From: Thermodesulfovibrionia bacterium
GTDB taxonomy: Bacteria > Nitrospirota > Thermodesulfovibrionia > UBA6902
Assembly (NCBI GenBank): GCA_020057065.1
Contig: JAGVGM010000348.1
Location: forward strand, 345-64,344
Reading direction: 5' to 3'
Length of the DNA stretch: 64,000 nucleotides
Below the pieces are notes generated by a model that made no database searches, was not told the origin of the DNA, and worked only from the letters and a program-made list of their open reading frames with translations. A program made the position numbers and the translations under genes. Numbering within the stretch: position 1 is the first letter of the stretch; every line of letters starts with the position of its first letter. Positions 36,600-47,000 of the stretch are shown here, piece after piece.

Positions 36600-37602
36600 A
36601 GAGGCAATTAATTTATTAGTGCAGGGCAAAAATCTCTCTGAGGGTGAGATGATCAGCTCAATGAGAGATATCATGGAAGGACAGGCGACCGACGCACAGA
36701 TAGCATCTTTTCTAACCGCGCTAAGGATCAAAGGGGAAACAGTTGACGAGATCACAGGCGCTGTAAAGGTCATGCGGGAAAAAGCGACAAAGATCATAGC
36801 GCCTGCAAATACGGTCGATACCTGCGGTACCGGCGGTGATATGGCTCATACCTTCAATATCTCTACAACATCCGCTCTTGTGGTTGCAGCCTGCGGATTG
36901 CCGGTTGCGAAACATGGGAACCGTTCGGTATCAAGCCGCTCCGGGAGTGCGGATGTTCTTGAAGCGCTCGGGGTAAAGATCGACCTTGAGCCAAAAAAAG
37001 TTGAAAGCTGTCTTGCATCAACAGGCTTCGGGTTTATGTTCGCACCGTTGTTTCACCCCGCGATGAAATATGCTGTTGGACCACGAAGGGAACTGGGCAT
37101 AAGGACCGTATTCAACATTCTCGGGCCTCTGACCAACCCTGCAGGGGCTGAGAGACAGGTTCTGGGTGTCTTTAATGACAGTCTTACAGAAACAATGGCC
37201 AGTGTGCTCGCAAATCTTGGTGTTAAACACGCATTCATAGTCCACGGAGAGGATGGTCTTGATGAGATAACTAATACTGACAGGACAAAGGTCTCCGAAC
37301 TGAAGAACGGAAGGGTCAATACGTATTTCATAACACCTGAAGATTTCGGCTTTCAAAGGGCAAAGAAATCAGACCTCACCGGTGGTACAGCTCAGGACAA
37401 TGCTTCTATAACAATGGAAATACTGAAGGGCCGAAAAGGCCCAATGAGAGATATCGTAATTATGAATTCAGCGGCAGCTCTGATAGCAGCTGATCGTGCA
37501 GACAATTTTCTGGCAGCGGCAGGTATTGCAACAGAGGCAATAGATTCCGGAGCGGCATTAAAAAAACTGGAGGAGATAAAAGTTGTAAGTAATAAATTGT
37601 AG
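36592..37602 (+). CDS. trpD: Anthranilate phosphoribosyltransferase
   Basis: Motifs CGTGGDMAHTFNIST and AKHGNRSVSSRSGSADVLEALG. I set the start at ATG 36592 (MIKEAINLL), overlapping the preceding stop by 8 nt. Confidence 0.93.
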   Translation: MIKEAINLLVQGKNLSEGEMISSMRDIMEGQATDAQIASFLTALRIKGETVDEITGAVKVMREKATKIIAPANTVDTCGTGGDMAHTFNISTTSALVVAACGLPVAKHGNRSVSSRSGSADVLEALGVKIDLEPKKVESCLASTGFGFMFAPLFHPAMKYAVGPRRELGIRTVFNILGPLTNPAGAERQVLGVFNDSLTETMASVLANLGVKHAFIVHGEDGLDEITNTDRTKVSELKNGRVNTYFITPEDFGFQRAKKSDLTGGTAQDNASITMEILKGRKGPMRDIVIMNSAAALIAADRADNFLAAAGIATEAIDSGAALKKLEEIKVVSNKL

Positions 37603-37649
37603 TAATTCGGCGTTTGACACACCAACCTGTAATGTTCTAAAATTTTGTC

Positions 37650-40600
37650 ATGCATTCCGAGTATGTCCCGCTTCATCTCCACACTGAGTACAGCTTACTC
37701 GACGGAGCAATAAAAATTGATGACCTTATAGCAAAGGCAAAGGAGTATAATCTGGCAGCCCTTGCTATAACCGATCATGGAAACCTGTTCGGCGCAATAG
37801 ATTTTTACAAAAAAGTCTCCAAGGCAGGATTAAAACCGATCATTGGTTGTGAAGTATACATCGCTCCCAAAAGCCGTTTTGATAAAGGGGCGTCGAATGA
37901 AGCCACAGAGTCTTCTTTCCATCTCATTCTGTTATGTAAAGACATGAACGGCTACAAGAACCTTTCACGGCTGATAAGCAAGGCATATCTTGAGGGTTTT
38001 TATTATAAGCCGAGAATAGACAAGGACATCCTGTCACAATACAGCGGCGGCCTTATCGGGTTTTCTTCATGTCTGAAAGGCGAGATCCCGCGCTATCTTT
38101 TATCAGGGCAGATTGACAAAGCGCGTAACGCCGCACTGGAATACAGAAAAATTCTTGGTTCTGATAACTTTTATCTCGAGATCCAGTCAAACGAACTTCC
38201 GGAACAGGACAAAGTAAATAAACAGCTCATAGAATTAAGCAGAGACCTTCATATACCGCTTGTAGCGACCAATGATTGCCACTATCTGAACAGGAGTGAT
38301 GCAAAGGCGCATGAGGTCCTTTTGTGCATACAGACCGGAAAGACCATGAACGATACTGACAGGATGAAATTCTCAAAAGATACGTTTTACTTTAAAAGCC
38401 CGCAGGAAATGAAGGACGCATTCAAAGAAGTGCCTGAGGCCCTTGAGAACTCGAAGAGGATCGCAGAAAAATGTAATCTCGACTTTAAATTCAATGAATT
38501 TAAACTTCCAAGATTTACTGTGCCTGAGGGCGAAAAGGTAAACAGTTATCTGCAAAAACTTGCAGAAAGCGGTCTGAACAAAAAGCTCAACGGCAGCATA
38601 CCGGGCCACTATTCAGAAAGGCTTGATAGCGAGCTTGCAATGATCGAAAAGATGGGATTCTCCTCTTATTTTCTGATCGTATGGGATTTCATAAGCTATG
38701 CAAAAAGCAAAGATATACCGGTAGGACCCGGCAGGGGCTCTGCTGCCGGCAGTCTTGTGGCTTACGGTCTGGATATAACCGATATAGACCCGATCAAATA
38801 CGGACTCCTTTTTGAGAGATTTTTAAACCCTGAAAGGATCAGTATGCCTGATATCGATGTTGATTTCTGTATGGACAGGCGCTCCGAAGTTATTGATTAT
38901 GTTTCTAACCGGTACGGGAAGGATCATGTAGCGCAGATCATAACGTTCGGCACCATGCAGGCCCGTGCAGCGATCCGGGATGTAGGAAGGGCCCTTAATA
39001 TCCCCTACTCTGAAGTCGATAAGGTTGCAAAGCTGGTCCCGATGGTCGCCAAAATCAATATAAAGACCGCGATCGGTATGGAGCCTAAACTAAAAGAGCT
39101 ATATCAGTCCAAACCGGACATAAAAGAACTGATAGACATCGCACAGATACTTGAAGGGCTTTCAAGGCATGCCTCAACACATGCAGCAGGCATTGTCATA
39201 TCTCCGGAGCCTTTAACCGAGTTCCTTCCTCTTTTCAAGTCCCCCAATGAAGAGGCGATAACTACACAGTTCGATATGAATGCAATAAAAGATCTCGGTC
39301 TTTTAAAGTTCGACTTCCTCGGGTTAAAAACGCTTACTATTATTGATAAGGCTGAAAAGATCATAAACCAATCCGGTAAGCTCTCGGCTCTCAGCGGTCA
39401 GCAGTCAGCGGTCAGCAGTCAGCAATTTTCCATAAAAGGTATCCCCCTTGATGATACGGCAACATATGAAATCCTGAGCGCCGGTAAAACTGCAGGGATA
39501 TTCCAGCTTGAAAGCTCAGGTATGAGAGACCTGCTGACAAGAATGAAGCCTGATGTATTTGAGGACCTGATCGCCCTTGTTGCGCTTTACAGGCCCGGTC
39601 CTCTCGGCAGTGGCATGGTAGATGAATTCATTCAGGGTAAAAATAGCAGCAAGTCCCCTGGTGAAAAAACGACCACCGGCTCAATAGCCAAGCTTAATAT
39701 CCCAAAACTGAATGACATACTGAAGGAGACCCACGGAATTATTCTTTATCAGGAACAGGTCATGGAGATCGCGCACAAACTTGCAAACTTCAGTCTTGCA
39801 CAGGCTGATATCCTGAGGAAGGCGATGGGCGGTAAGAATCCCGAAGAGATGGAAAAAATGAAAACTATATTCATCGAGGGATTAAAGGAGAATAAGGTAT
39901 CAGAGAAGAAGGCCGAGATGCTCTACAACCTCGTACTCCAGTTTGCCCAGTACGGTTTTAACAAATCACACTCAGCGGCATATGCGCTGATAGCATATCA
40001 GACCGCTTACCTTAAGGCGCATTATCCTGTTGAATTTATGGCTGCATCACTCAGCGCAGATATGGATAATACTGCAAAAGTGGTAACGTATATCGGAGAA
40101 TGCAAGGAGATGGGAATAGACGTCCTTCCGCCGGACATCAATGAAAGCACGAGAGAGTTCAAAGTTATTGACAAGTCCATACGTTTCGGTCTTGAGGCGG
40201 TCAAGGGGGTTGGAAGCGCGGCAATAGATTCTATAATAGAGACAAGAAACAGCAAGAGTTTAGACTCGTTCTTTGATTTCTGTTCAAGGATGGATTCACG
40301 GCGGGTGAATAAAAAAGTTATTGAAAGCCTGATAAAAGCAGGGGCGCTGGACTCTCTGGGGAAACGTTCTCAGTTGATGTTCAATCTGCCGGCTATTATG
40401 GATGCGGCAATGCGTTTTCAGAAAGAGAGTGATTCAGGGCAGGAAAGTATGTTCGGCATAATGAGCCAGCCGGCTTCTCCCAGACTGACAGATGTTGATG
40501 AGTGGGATGAAGCCAAACGCCTTATGATGGAGAAAGAAGCGCTTGGTTTCTATATAACAGGACACCCGCTTAACAGATACAGGGAAAAATTTACGGAGCT

Positions 40601-41225
40601 CTCCATAATCCCTACACATGAATTGCTGGAAATGGAAGAAAAACGCGATGTCAATATAGGCGGCCTCGTGAGGGACTTGAAACAGATACAGACAAAAAAT
40701 AAAGGCGATCTGATGGCATACATCACGTTAGAAGACCAATATGGGACCATCGAGGTGATCGTCTTCCCGGATGTTTACAGGGAATCCCAGAATATAATCA
40801 CACAGGATACACCGATCATTATTTCGGGTAATACGGACAAGACTGACAAAGGTCTGAAAGTGATCGCCAAGAAGATATTCTCAATTGACGACAACGACCT
40901 GAACAAAGAATTAAAAACAGGCGGCAATTCGCAAAACAAGAATAACAGACGGGATACCGGTGCGTCGTCCGGTTCACAAAAACTATCTTCATCACAATAT
41001 AAGTCCCTTGTTCTGACCATGCTTAATACAGCCAGGCCCGAGACACTTCCAAAACTCAATGAAGTGTTTTCAAGATACACCGGTGATTGTCCGGTTTATC
41101 TTAAAATTGTCTCTCCCCGGAACTGGGAGACCCTTTTAAAAACGGAAAGGCACGTGTCGCCTTCTAAAGAATTGATCTCGGAGATGGAAAATATTCTGGG
41201 AGAAGGAACAGCAACTTTAAATTAA
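37650..41225 (+). CDS. dnaE: DNA polymerase III alpha subunit
   Basis: 1191 aa with a PHP domain (HLHTEYSLLDGA, ITDHGNLFG), a Pol III alpha core and a C-terminal OB fold. Confidence 0.97.
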   Translation: MHSEYVPLHLHTEYSLLDGAIKIDDLIAKAKEYNLAALAITDHGNLFGAIDFYKKVSKAGLKPIIGCEVYIAPKSRFDKGASNEATESSFHLILLCKDMNGYKNLSRLISKAYLEGFYYKPRIDKDILSQYSGGLIGFSSCLKGEIPRYLLSGQIDKARNAALEYRKILGSDNFYLEIQSNELPEQDKVNKQLIELSRDLHIPLVATNDCHYLNRSDAKAHEVLLCIQTGKTMNDTDRMKFSKDTFYFKSPQEMKDAFKEVPEALENSKRIAEKCNLDFKFNEFKLPRFTVPEGEKVNSYLQKLAESGLNKKLNGSIPGHYSERLDSELAMIEKMGFSSYFLIVWDFISYAKSKDIPVGPGRGSAAGSLVAYGLDITDIDPIKYGLLFERFLNPERISMPDIDVDFCMDRRSEVIDYVSNRYGKDHVAQIITFGTMQARAAIRDVGRALNIPYSEVDKVAKLVPMVAKINIKTAIGMEPKLKELYQSKPDIKELIDIAQILEGLSRHASTHAAGIVISPEPLTEFLPLFKSPNEEAITTQFDMNAIKDLGLLKFDFLGLKTLTIIDKAEKIINQSGKLSALSGQQSAVSSQQFSIKGIPLDDTATYEILSAGKTAGIFQLESSGMRDLLTRMKPDVFEDLIALVALYRPGPLGSGMVDEFIQGKNSSKSPGEKTTTGSIAKLNIPKLNDILKETHGIILYQEQVMEIAHKLANFSLAQADILRKAMGGKNPEEMEKMKTIFIEGLKENKVSEKKAEMLYNLVLQFAQYGFNKSHSAAYALIAYQTAYLKAHYPVEFMAASLSADMDNTAKVVTYIGECKEMGIDVLPPDINESTREFKVIDKSIRFGLEAVKGVGSAAIDSIIETRNSKSLDSFFDFCSRMDSRRVNKKVIESLIKAGALDSLGKRSQLMFNLPAIMDAAMRFQKESDSGQESMFGIMSQPASPRLTDVDEWDEAKRLMMEKEALGFYITGHPLNRYREKFTELSIIPTHELLEMEEKRDVNIGGLVRDLKQIQTKNKGDLMAYITLEDQYGTIEVIVFPDVYRESQNIITQDTPIIISGNTDKTDKGLKVIAKKIFSIDDNDLNKELKTGGNSQNKNNRRDTGASSGSQKLSSSQYKSLVLTMLNTARPETLPKLNEVFSRYTGDCPVYLKIVSPRNWETLLKTERHVSPSKELISEMENILGEGTATLN
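39395..39422. repeat. Tandem 14-nt duplication (TCAGC-type simple repeat) inside dnaE
   Basis: CGGTCAGCAGTCAG occurs twice (39395-39408 and 39409-39422), within a TCAGC-rich tract at ~39385-39425 translated as LSALSGQQSAVSSQQ. Confidence 0.9.
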
Positions 41226-41237
41226 GAATGAAAAGGG

Positions 41238-41322
41238 GCCAAGGGTTCAGGGTTTAAGGGTTTATAGTGATGGAAGAGATTTTTTCACTTGAACCCTCGA
41301 ACCCTTGAACCCTCGAACCCTA
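41238..41322. repeat. Dyad simple-sequence element (GAACCCT-type units) after dnaE
   Basis: CAAGGGTTCAGGGTTTAAGGGTTT ... CTTGAACCCTCGAACCCTTGAACCCTCGAACCCT. The two arms are reverse-complementary in unit composition. Confidence 0.8.
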
Positions 41323-41344
41323 TTTTAAATTATACGGAGCACAC

Positions 41345-42322
41345 ATGCATTACTACCTGGATTTCGAGCGTCCGGTTGCGGAGCTGGAAAATAAAATAGA
41401 AGAGTTGAAGCGCCTTGCTGACGGCAAGGATATGAACATTAACTCCGAATTAAAGAAGCTCGAAAAAAAAGCAAAGGATTTACGCGCAGACATATTTTCA
41501 AAAATAACCCCCTGGCAGAAGACCCTTATTGCACGCCACCCGGAAAGGCCGTACACACTTGACTATATAAAGCTACTGACGGAAGACTTTGTGGAACTGC
41601 ATGGAGACAGGAGATTCGGCGACGACCTTTCAATAATTGCTGGCTTTGCAAAATTTCAGGGAATAAACGTAACCGTCATCGGACATCAGAAAGGCAAAAC
41701 CACAAAAGCCAGAATAGAGAGAAATTTCGGCCAGCCCCATCCTGAAGGATACAGAAAAGCTTTAAGGGTAATGAAGCTTGCGGAAAGATTCGGTAATCCT
41801 ATTTTAACTTTTATCGATACACCTGGAGCTTATCCGGGTATCGGCGCAGAAGAAAGAGGGCAGGCTGAGGCGATTGCGAATAATCTTCTTGAGATGTTTA
41901 CAATTAAAACCCCTATTATCGCTACTGTAATTGGAGAAGGAGGAAGCGGCGGAGCCATTGCGCTTGCAGTCGGAGATGCTGTTCTTATGCTCGAGCATTC
42001 AATCTATTCAGTGATCTCGCCGGAAGGATGTGCTGCTATTTTATGGAAAAAGAACGGAACTGAGGTGGGGCAGGAAGACTATGAAAAAGCCTCTGAAACT
42101 CTTAAGTTAACCGCTCAGGACCTCTACGGCTTCGGGGTAATTGATGAGATAATACCTGAACCCATCGGAGGGGCGCACAGGGATTATCAGGAAACTGCAA
42201 AGTCTGTGGAGAAAGTTTTAAAGCAGCATCTCACGGAATTATTGAAAAAACCTGTTGATACCCTTCTTGAAGATCGATACAATAAATTCAGGTTAATGGG
42301 TGCTTTTGCTGAAAAACAGTAG
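41345..42322 (+). CDS. accA: Acetyl-CoA carboxylase carboxyltransferase alpha subunit
   Basis: 325 aa with [23 protein letters not shown] and GEGGSGGA. Confidence 0.95.
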   Translation: MHYYLDFERPVAELENKIEELKRLADGKDMNINSELKKLEKKAKDLRADIFSKITPWQKTLIARHPERPYTLDYIKLLTEDFVELHGDRRFGDDLSIIAGFAKFQGINVTVIGHQKGKTTKARIERNFGQPHPEGYRKALRVMKLAERFGNPILTFIDTPGAYPGIGAEERGQAEAIANNLLEMFTIKTPIIATVIGEGGSGGAIALAVGDAVLMLEHSIYSVISPEGCAAILWKKNGTEVGQEDYEKASETLKLTAQDLYGFGVIDEIIPEPIGGAHRDYQETAKSVEKVLKQHLTELLKKPVDTLLEDRYNKFRLMGAFAEKQ

Positions 42323-42340
42323 ATGCTAATTGGGATAAAT

Positions 42341-42823
42341 CTAAAATAATCTTTGCTTATACCATAATCCTTTTTTGTTTTCTCTTGCTTCTCTTTCGTA
42401 CTGTCTAAATTCATCAATATACTTAAAAGGATATTTAGTGTGTGCAAAACCATAGCCTCGCTTGATGATTTCTGCATTGAGAAGCGTTCCGTCCTCCAGA
42501 TAGACATAGGCAAGTAATCTTCCATACTTATCTCTTTTCTGCCAGTCATATTCAAGCCTGACTATTTTCCCTTCTACTATATGTTTGGTAAACCCTGATG
42601 CCTCTTTGCCAAAATACTCAACAGGTTTTAAAGGGTGGACTGTTTCCGGAGTGTCAACACCTATGAGCCTGATTTTTTCTGTTTTGCCATTTACCAGGAC
42701 CACAAGCGTATCACCGTCAATGACCCTTGTACAAAGATAATAGTCCTGAGCCGCAGCAATCCCGCTCAGGACTATTAAGATTATTAGCAGCCGCAGGATG
42801 GACTTAATGAACTGTCGCAGCAT
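42341..42823 (-). CDS. Secreted thermonuclease (SNase-like)
   Basis: 160 aa with a signal/TM segment LRLLIILIVLSGIAAAQ, then LIGVDTPETVHP, YGRLLAYVYL and LNAEIIKRGYG. Confidence 0.85.
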   Translation of the reverse strand: MLRQFIKSILRLLIILIVLSGIAAAQDYYLCTRVIDGDTLVVLVNGKTEKIRLIGVDTPETVHPLKPVEYFGKEASGFTKHIVEGKIVRLEYDWQKRDKYGRLLAYVYLEDGTLLNAEIIKRGYGFAHTKYPFKYIDEFRQYEREARENKKGLWYKQRLF

Positions 42824-43182
42824 ACCGCTCTCCCTGTTACTTCATCACACCCGCATACACCGCCATGCCATGAACAGCAGCCCTGTCTTTCTTCAACATC
42901 TTTCATTTGAAGTTGTGCGAAGGTGTGGCAGAAATTATTTTTCATTTCTGAACTTGATGCAACAGGCGGTCTGCAAACCTTGCAAGGAACATATCCGGCT
43001 TTGATTGCATCTTCTGGACTTTTGAACTTTACAAGGTTAGCGGTATTAATCTTTTGTGCCCATCTGCAATCAGGATAATGATATTTGTTTGAATTCCTGG
43101 ACCCCCAGAATTCACCAGCCTGGGCTTGAGCAAAGAACAGAACTAACAAGGTTACTGCTATTGTTTGTATAAGCCTTTTCAT
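42784..43182 (-). CDS. Secreted Cys-rich protein with Ada-like KYHxxxC...PCKxC zinc motif
   Basis: 132 aa with a signal peptide, KYHYPDCRWAQKI...AGYVPCKVCRP, and a C-terminal GCCSWHGGVCGC...CC...SCGC. Confidence 0.55.
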   Translation of the reverse strand: MKRLIQTIAVTLLVLFFAQAQAGEFWGSRNSNKYHYPDCRWAQKINTANLVKFKSPEDAIKAGYVPCKVCRPPVASSSEMKNNFCHTFAQLQMKDVEERQGCCSWHGGVCGCDEVTGRAVCCDSSLSPSCGC

Positions 43183-43185
43183 TTA

Positions 43186-43485
43186 CTACCTCCCATATTG
43201 ATTACGCTCGGAATCATCATGAATCCCGTTATTGTTATCATCTGTATCCAGGTAATTTGGCGTACCGTCCTTGTCGTTATCCCTGCTATAAGGATTGATC
43301 TTGTCTGAGTAAGACTTGGATGGCCCATAGTTATTCCACTTGTATCCATCGGGATTTGAACGGTAGTAAGGTTGAACATATGTTCCATTGCTGCGGTAAT
43401 ACCCTCTAACTTGCCCTGCAACGGCGCCTCTTGCAAAACTTAGTACAAAGCAGACTACCAGTAAAACTGACAGTGTCTTTTTCAT
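43186..43485 (-). CDS. Small secreted protein with Asp-rich (Ca-binding-like) tail
   Basis: 99 aa with a signal peptide, GYYRSNGTYVQPYYRSNPDGYKWNNY, and DNDKDGTPNYLDTDDNNNGIHDD (thrombospondin type-3-like). Confidence 0.5.
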   Translation of the reverse strand: MKKTLSVLLVVCFVLSFARGAVAGQVRGYYRSNGTYVQPYYRSNPDGYKWNNYGPSKSYSDKINPYSRDNDKDGTPNYLDTDDNNNGIHDDSERNQYGR

Positions 43486-43633
43486 CTTTTCTACCTCCTT
43501 TTAAAATGTTTTTTTATTAGCTTCTTGAGGTAAAAGACAATGGAGGATCGAAAATCTTGCAGGTTTTTTGAAATTATTTCGTTATAAAATTAAGGCTATG
43601 TTATAATGAAGAAAAACGGGGGGGACTAATGTT

Positions 43634-44029
43634 ATGCATAAAGCAAAGACCAGGATAGAAGCAATCAGGTATTTAGAAAATGCCAAAGAGTTATTACGCA
43701 ACTCACCGATAGAAGGCGATAGATACGAAGACCTTAAATATGTTCAGGAAGCCTGCGGGACGGCTTATCTTGCAATTCTAAAGGCAATTGATGAATACCT
43801 GATAAAAAGGGGAGTGAGCCAAAAAGAACTGCCCCAGTCGGTTGAAGGTTACAGGGATATGCTAAAAAAATATCTGACTCCCCACAACGGCAAACTCACA
43901 AAAGAATTTGAAAAACTATATAAAGAGCTTCATATCGCAGGATATTACAGGGGACTGATAGAAGACGTTAACGCACTTAAGGATATTTTTAAATCAGCCA
44001 GGGCGTTCATAAACAAAGTCCGGGTATAA
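43634..44029 (+). CDS. Small all-helical protein (DUF5618-like by recollection)
   Basis: 131 aa with AIRYLENAKELL...YEDLKYVQEACGTAYLAILKAIDEYL...LHIAGYYRG. The family name is from memory only. Confidence 0.4.
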   Translation: MHKAKTRIEAIRYLENAKELLRNSPIEGDRYEDLKYVQEACGTAYLAILKAIDEYLIKRGVSQKELPQSVEGYRDMLKKYLTPHNGKLTKEFEKLYKELHIAGYYRGLIEDVNALKDIFKSARAFINKVRV

Positions 44030-44038
44030 AACCATTCC

Positions 44039-47000
44039 TTACTTCCAATCTCCGATAAGAATAAACGGCGCCCAGAAGTAGGGATGAGAGCCATCAACAG
44101 TTGTTACAGATTCCGGCACCTTTTCCGGCTCACTTACTTTTGATGAAGTAATTCCGCCGACTCCTCTGACGATTCCCTTGCCTGTTTTTCCACGTATCAT
44201 CTCAAGCTGAGCCATGCGAAGGGATTCGGATTTGGGGTGAGTTTTGAGGTTTTTGTAAAAGAGATTCATAAGTTCGGATGTGGACTGATCATTGACCCGC
44301 CAAAGGCTGGCAACTATAGAAGGCGTTCCGGCATAAATAAATCCCCTCGTCAAGCCTACCAGTTCATCTCCATTTGTCAGTTTCCCCATCGCTGTTTCAC
44401 AGGCGCTCAGTGTTACAAGTGATGTGTTTTTGAGATTAAGGTTGAAGATTTCATTGACCTCCAGCCTGCCGTCCTCATCTTTGTCTTTTGCAAGCCTGAT
44501 ACTGGAAAATAACGGGGCATCAGGATTCAATTCACCATGACTTGCAAAGTGGATTATGTTGTAATTACCCGATAATGCCTTTACCTTTCCCTCGGTGGCG
44601 CTTCCTTTTAAATATAAAACGGATTCGGGATAAGTGTCTTTTATCTTCTTGACCTCATCTTCTGCATATGGGAGATTCAATTTCTCATCACCAATGTCAG
44701 GATTGCCGAATGCTATAACTTTATCAGTAATCTTCTTTCTCTTTTCATAGACAAATTTCAGAACGCTTGCGCTTGGAGTATAAAACATGTCGTATTCCTC
44801 AATGAGGAATTTGTCTTTGTTCAGCAATGCGTGAAAGGGAAGATAGTGGAGAACAGAGTGAGGCACGATGCCGATTCTCTTTGTCTTAATGTACGGCTTT
44901 GCCGGTTTGATGAGGAGGTTATAGAGTTCATCAGCATCTTTGCTGTATTCAGGTTTCAAATTAGCAATCTTCTCCCTGAATGCATTTACCTTCTCCTTTA
45001 ACTCCTTGTCTTTTATCGGGATCTCAATAACCTGCAAATCCGATTTACCCACAACCCACAAAAGAGTTTTATCAGGAGTGATGAAGTATTCGAGTAACGT
45101 TGTATCAATATCCAGAAGCTCCTGTACTTCTTTTAAAGTGATAGGGTTGACGGTTAAGAGAGTGGAGAGTTCAGGATTGTCTTTTTTTATCTTCTCCATC
45201 AATGACGTATATTCAGTTCTTGCTTCAATTAACTGCTTTTCCAAAAAAAGCTCCATTTGCGGATTAACTTTTTTATCAGGTCTCTCATGCGCCTCCCTTA
45301 TTTTTTCGGAAAGGTAATTGATCCTGAATTGAAGCCTTCTTTCTTCTTCAAAAATTCTGTTATTTTGCAACTTTGATTTGCTTCCTAAAAGATCAAGAAA
45401 AGCCCTCGACTTTGCTCTCTCGGTGTAATTAAATGCATCGTCGTGTTCATTGATTTTCAAAAGGAATAAGATGATGTTTTCATAAACACTATTTGCACTT
45501 ATGGCTATTGACATCTTTGCAACTACTGATTGAGCATTTTCTCTGGATGTCTCAAGAAGGTTGATAGCATTAAGATACTGTTTTTTTGCTTCTTTCATAT
45601 CCCCTAATTTGTCAGATATATACCCAAGACCATGATATAAATTCCATCTGGTATGGTTATCTGTTATTTCATTGGAAATATTTGCAGCTTTTTGAAGAAA
45701 GGCCTGAGCTTGCTGATAATCTTCTTTTTCACTGTAAATTGCCCCAGTGATAATCAAACTAAGAGTCATAAGATCTGTAATATTGTATTTCTGAGAAACG
45801 GATAACAGTTTCTCAGCATACTCCAATGCTCTGTCATAATCTTTATTTGCACCGTAAGCAAGCGCGAGAGCAAAGTAAGCTGTATAAATAATAGGCGTAT
45901 TTTGCAAGTTATGCTGTTTTGCTATTTCAATGGCTTGCACTGCATCTTTTATCGCTTCTTTATTGTAATCCAAAGTTTCATGAATATATAATTTTATACG
46001 AGCAATATCACCAAGTACTAATATAATATTTTCAAAATCATTAATTTGTTTATAGAGTTCCAAAGCTTTTTGTTGGTATTTTAGGGCAGTATCATAGTCA
46101 TGCAAAGAAGCAAAACTCGAAAGAATATTAGCAACTTCCTTCATATTCCCCAGTTCATTATAAACAGTTAAAGCTTTTTGAAAATAATTTAAAGCATCAA
46201 TATCTTTGTTGAGATTTGAACTTGCACGACCCATAGCATCAAAACACTTGGCTTCCCCTGTTTTATTAGAAGACTTGTTATAAATATTTTGAGCAATTTT
46301 CAAGTGTATTATTGCATCATTCGGTTTGCCAATAGAAGAATAGACAGTAGCAAACGTATAATGAAGATCAGCGTTTTCTGGTCTAATTTTGAGTGTTTCT
46401 TCAAAAGATTTTATTGCGTCGTCATATTTTTTCATGTCAAAATATGCAAAGCCAATATCGTAATGAGCCTCGGGGTTTATGCTTATTGCTTTATTGAAAG
46501 CCTCGATTGCTTTTTCGTGCTGTTTAAGTCCCATATAAACGTAACCTAAGCCTGAATAAGGACTTGCATCATCCGGTTTAAGCTTTATTATTTCTTTGTA
46601 TATCTCTACCGCCTTTTCATATTGACCTGTTCTTCGGTAATTGAATGCTAAAAAATCGTAAGCAGTTGGATCATCCGGTTGCAGCTTTATGGCTTCTTGA
46701 TATGCTTCAGACGCTTTTTCATATTGTTCTATTTTTTCGTAAACAAATCCCAAAGAAAGGTTGGCAGACGCATTATTCGGCTGGATTTTAATAGCTTCTT
46801 TAAATGCCTCTATTGCCTTATTATATTCACCCAATTCTTCATAACTTGATGCTAACCAATAATAATTAGAAGCAATAAAAGAACTTGTATCCCAATCTAA
46901 GAACACTTTAAAGAAATTATATGTTTTAATACTCTCTTGAAACAACTCTACTGCTTTTTTTAATGCCTCTATCTGTTGATAACGCTCACCTAATATTCCG

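Noticed and set aside
39385-39425. Possible CRISPR array (also 55762-55795, 41238-41322 and 28861-28977)
   Set aside because: The units are only 7-14 nt and directly tandem or dyad-arranged, with no unique spacers of ~30 nt. No cas genes are in the window.
37650-41225. Intein or large insertion in dnaE
   Set aside because: The length (1191 aa) is normal for DnaE. The only anomalous segment is a low-complexity tract of about 15 aa derived from the simple repeat. No intein splice motifs or homing endonuclease blocks were seen.
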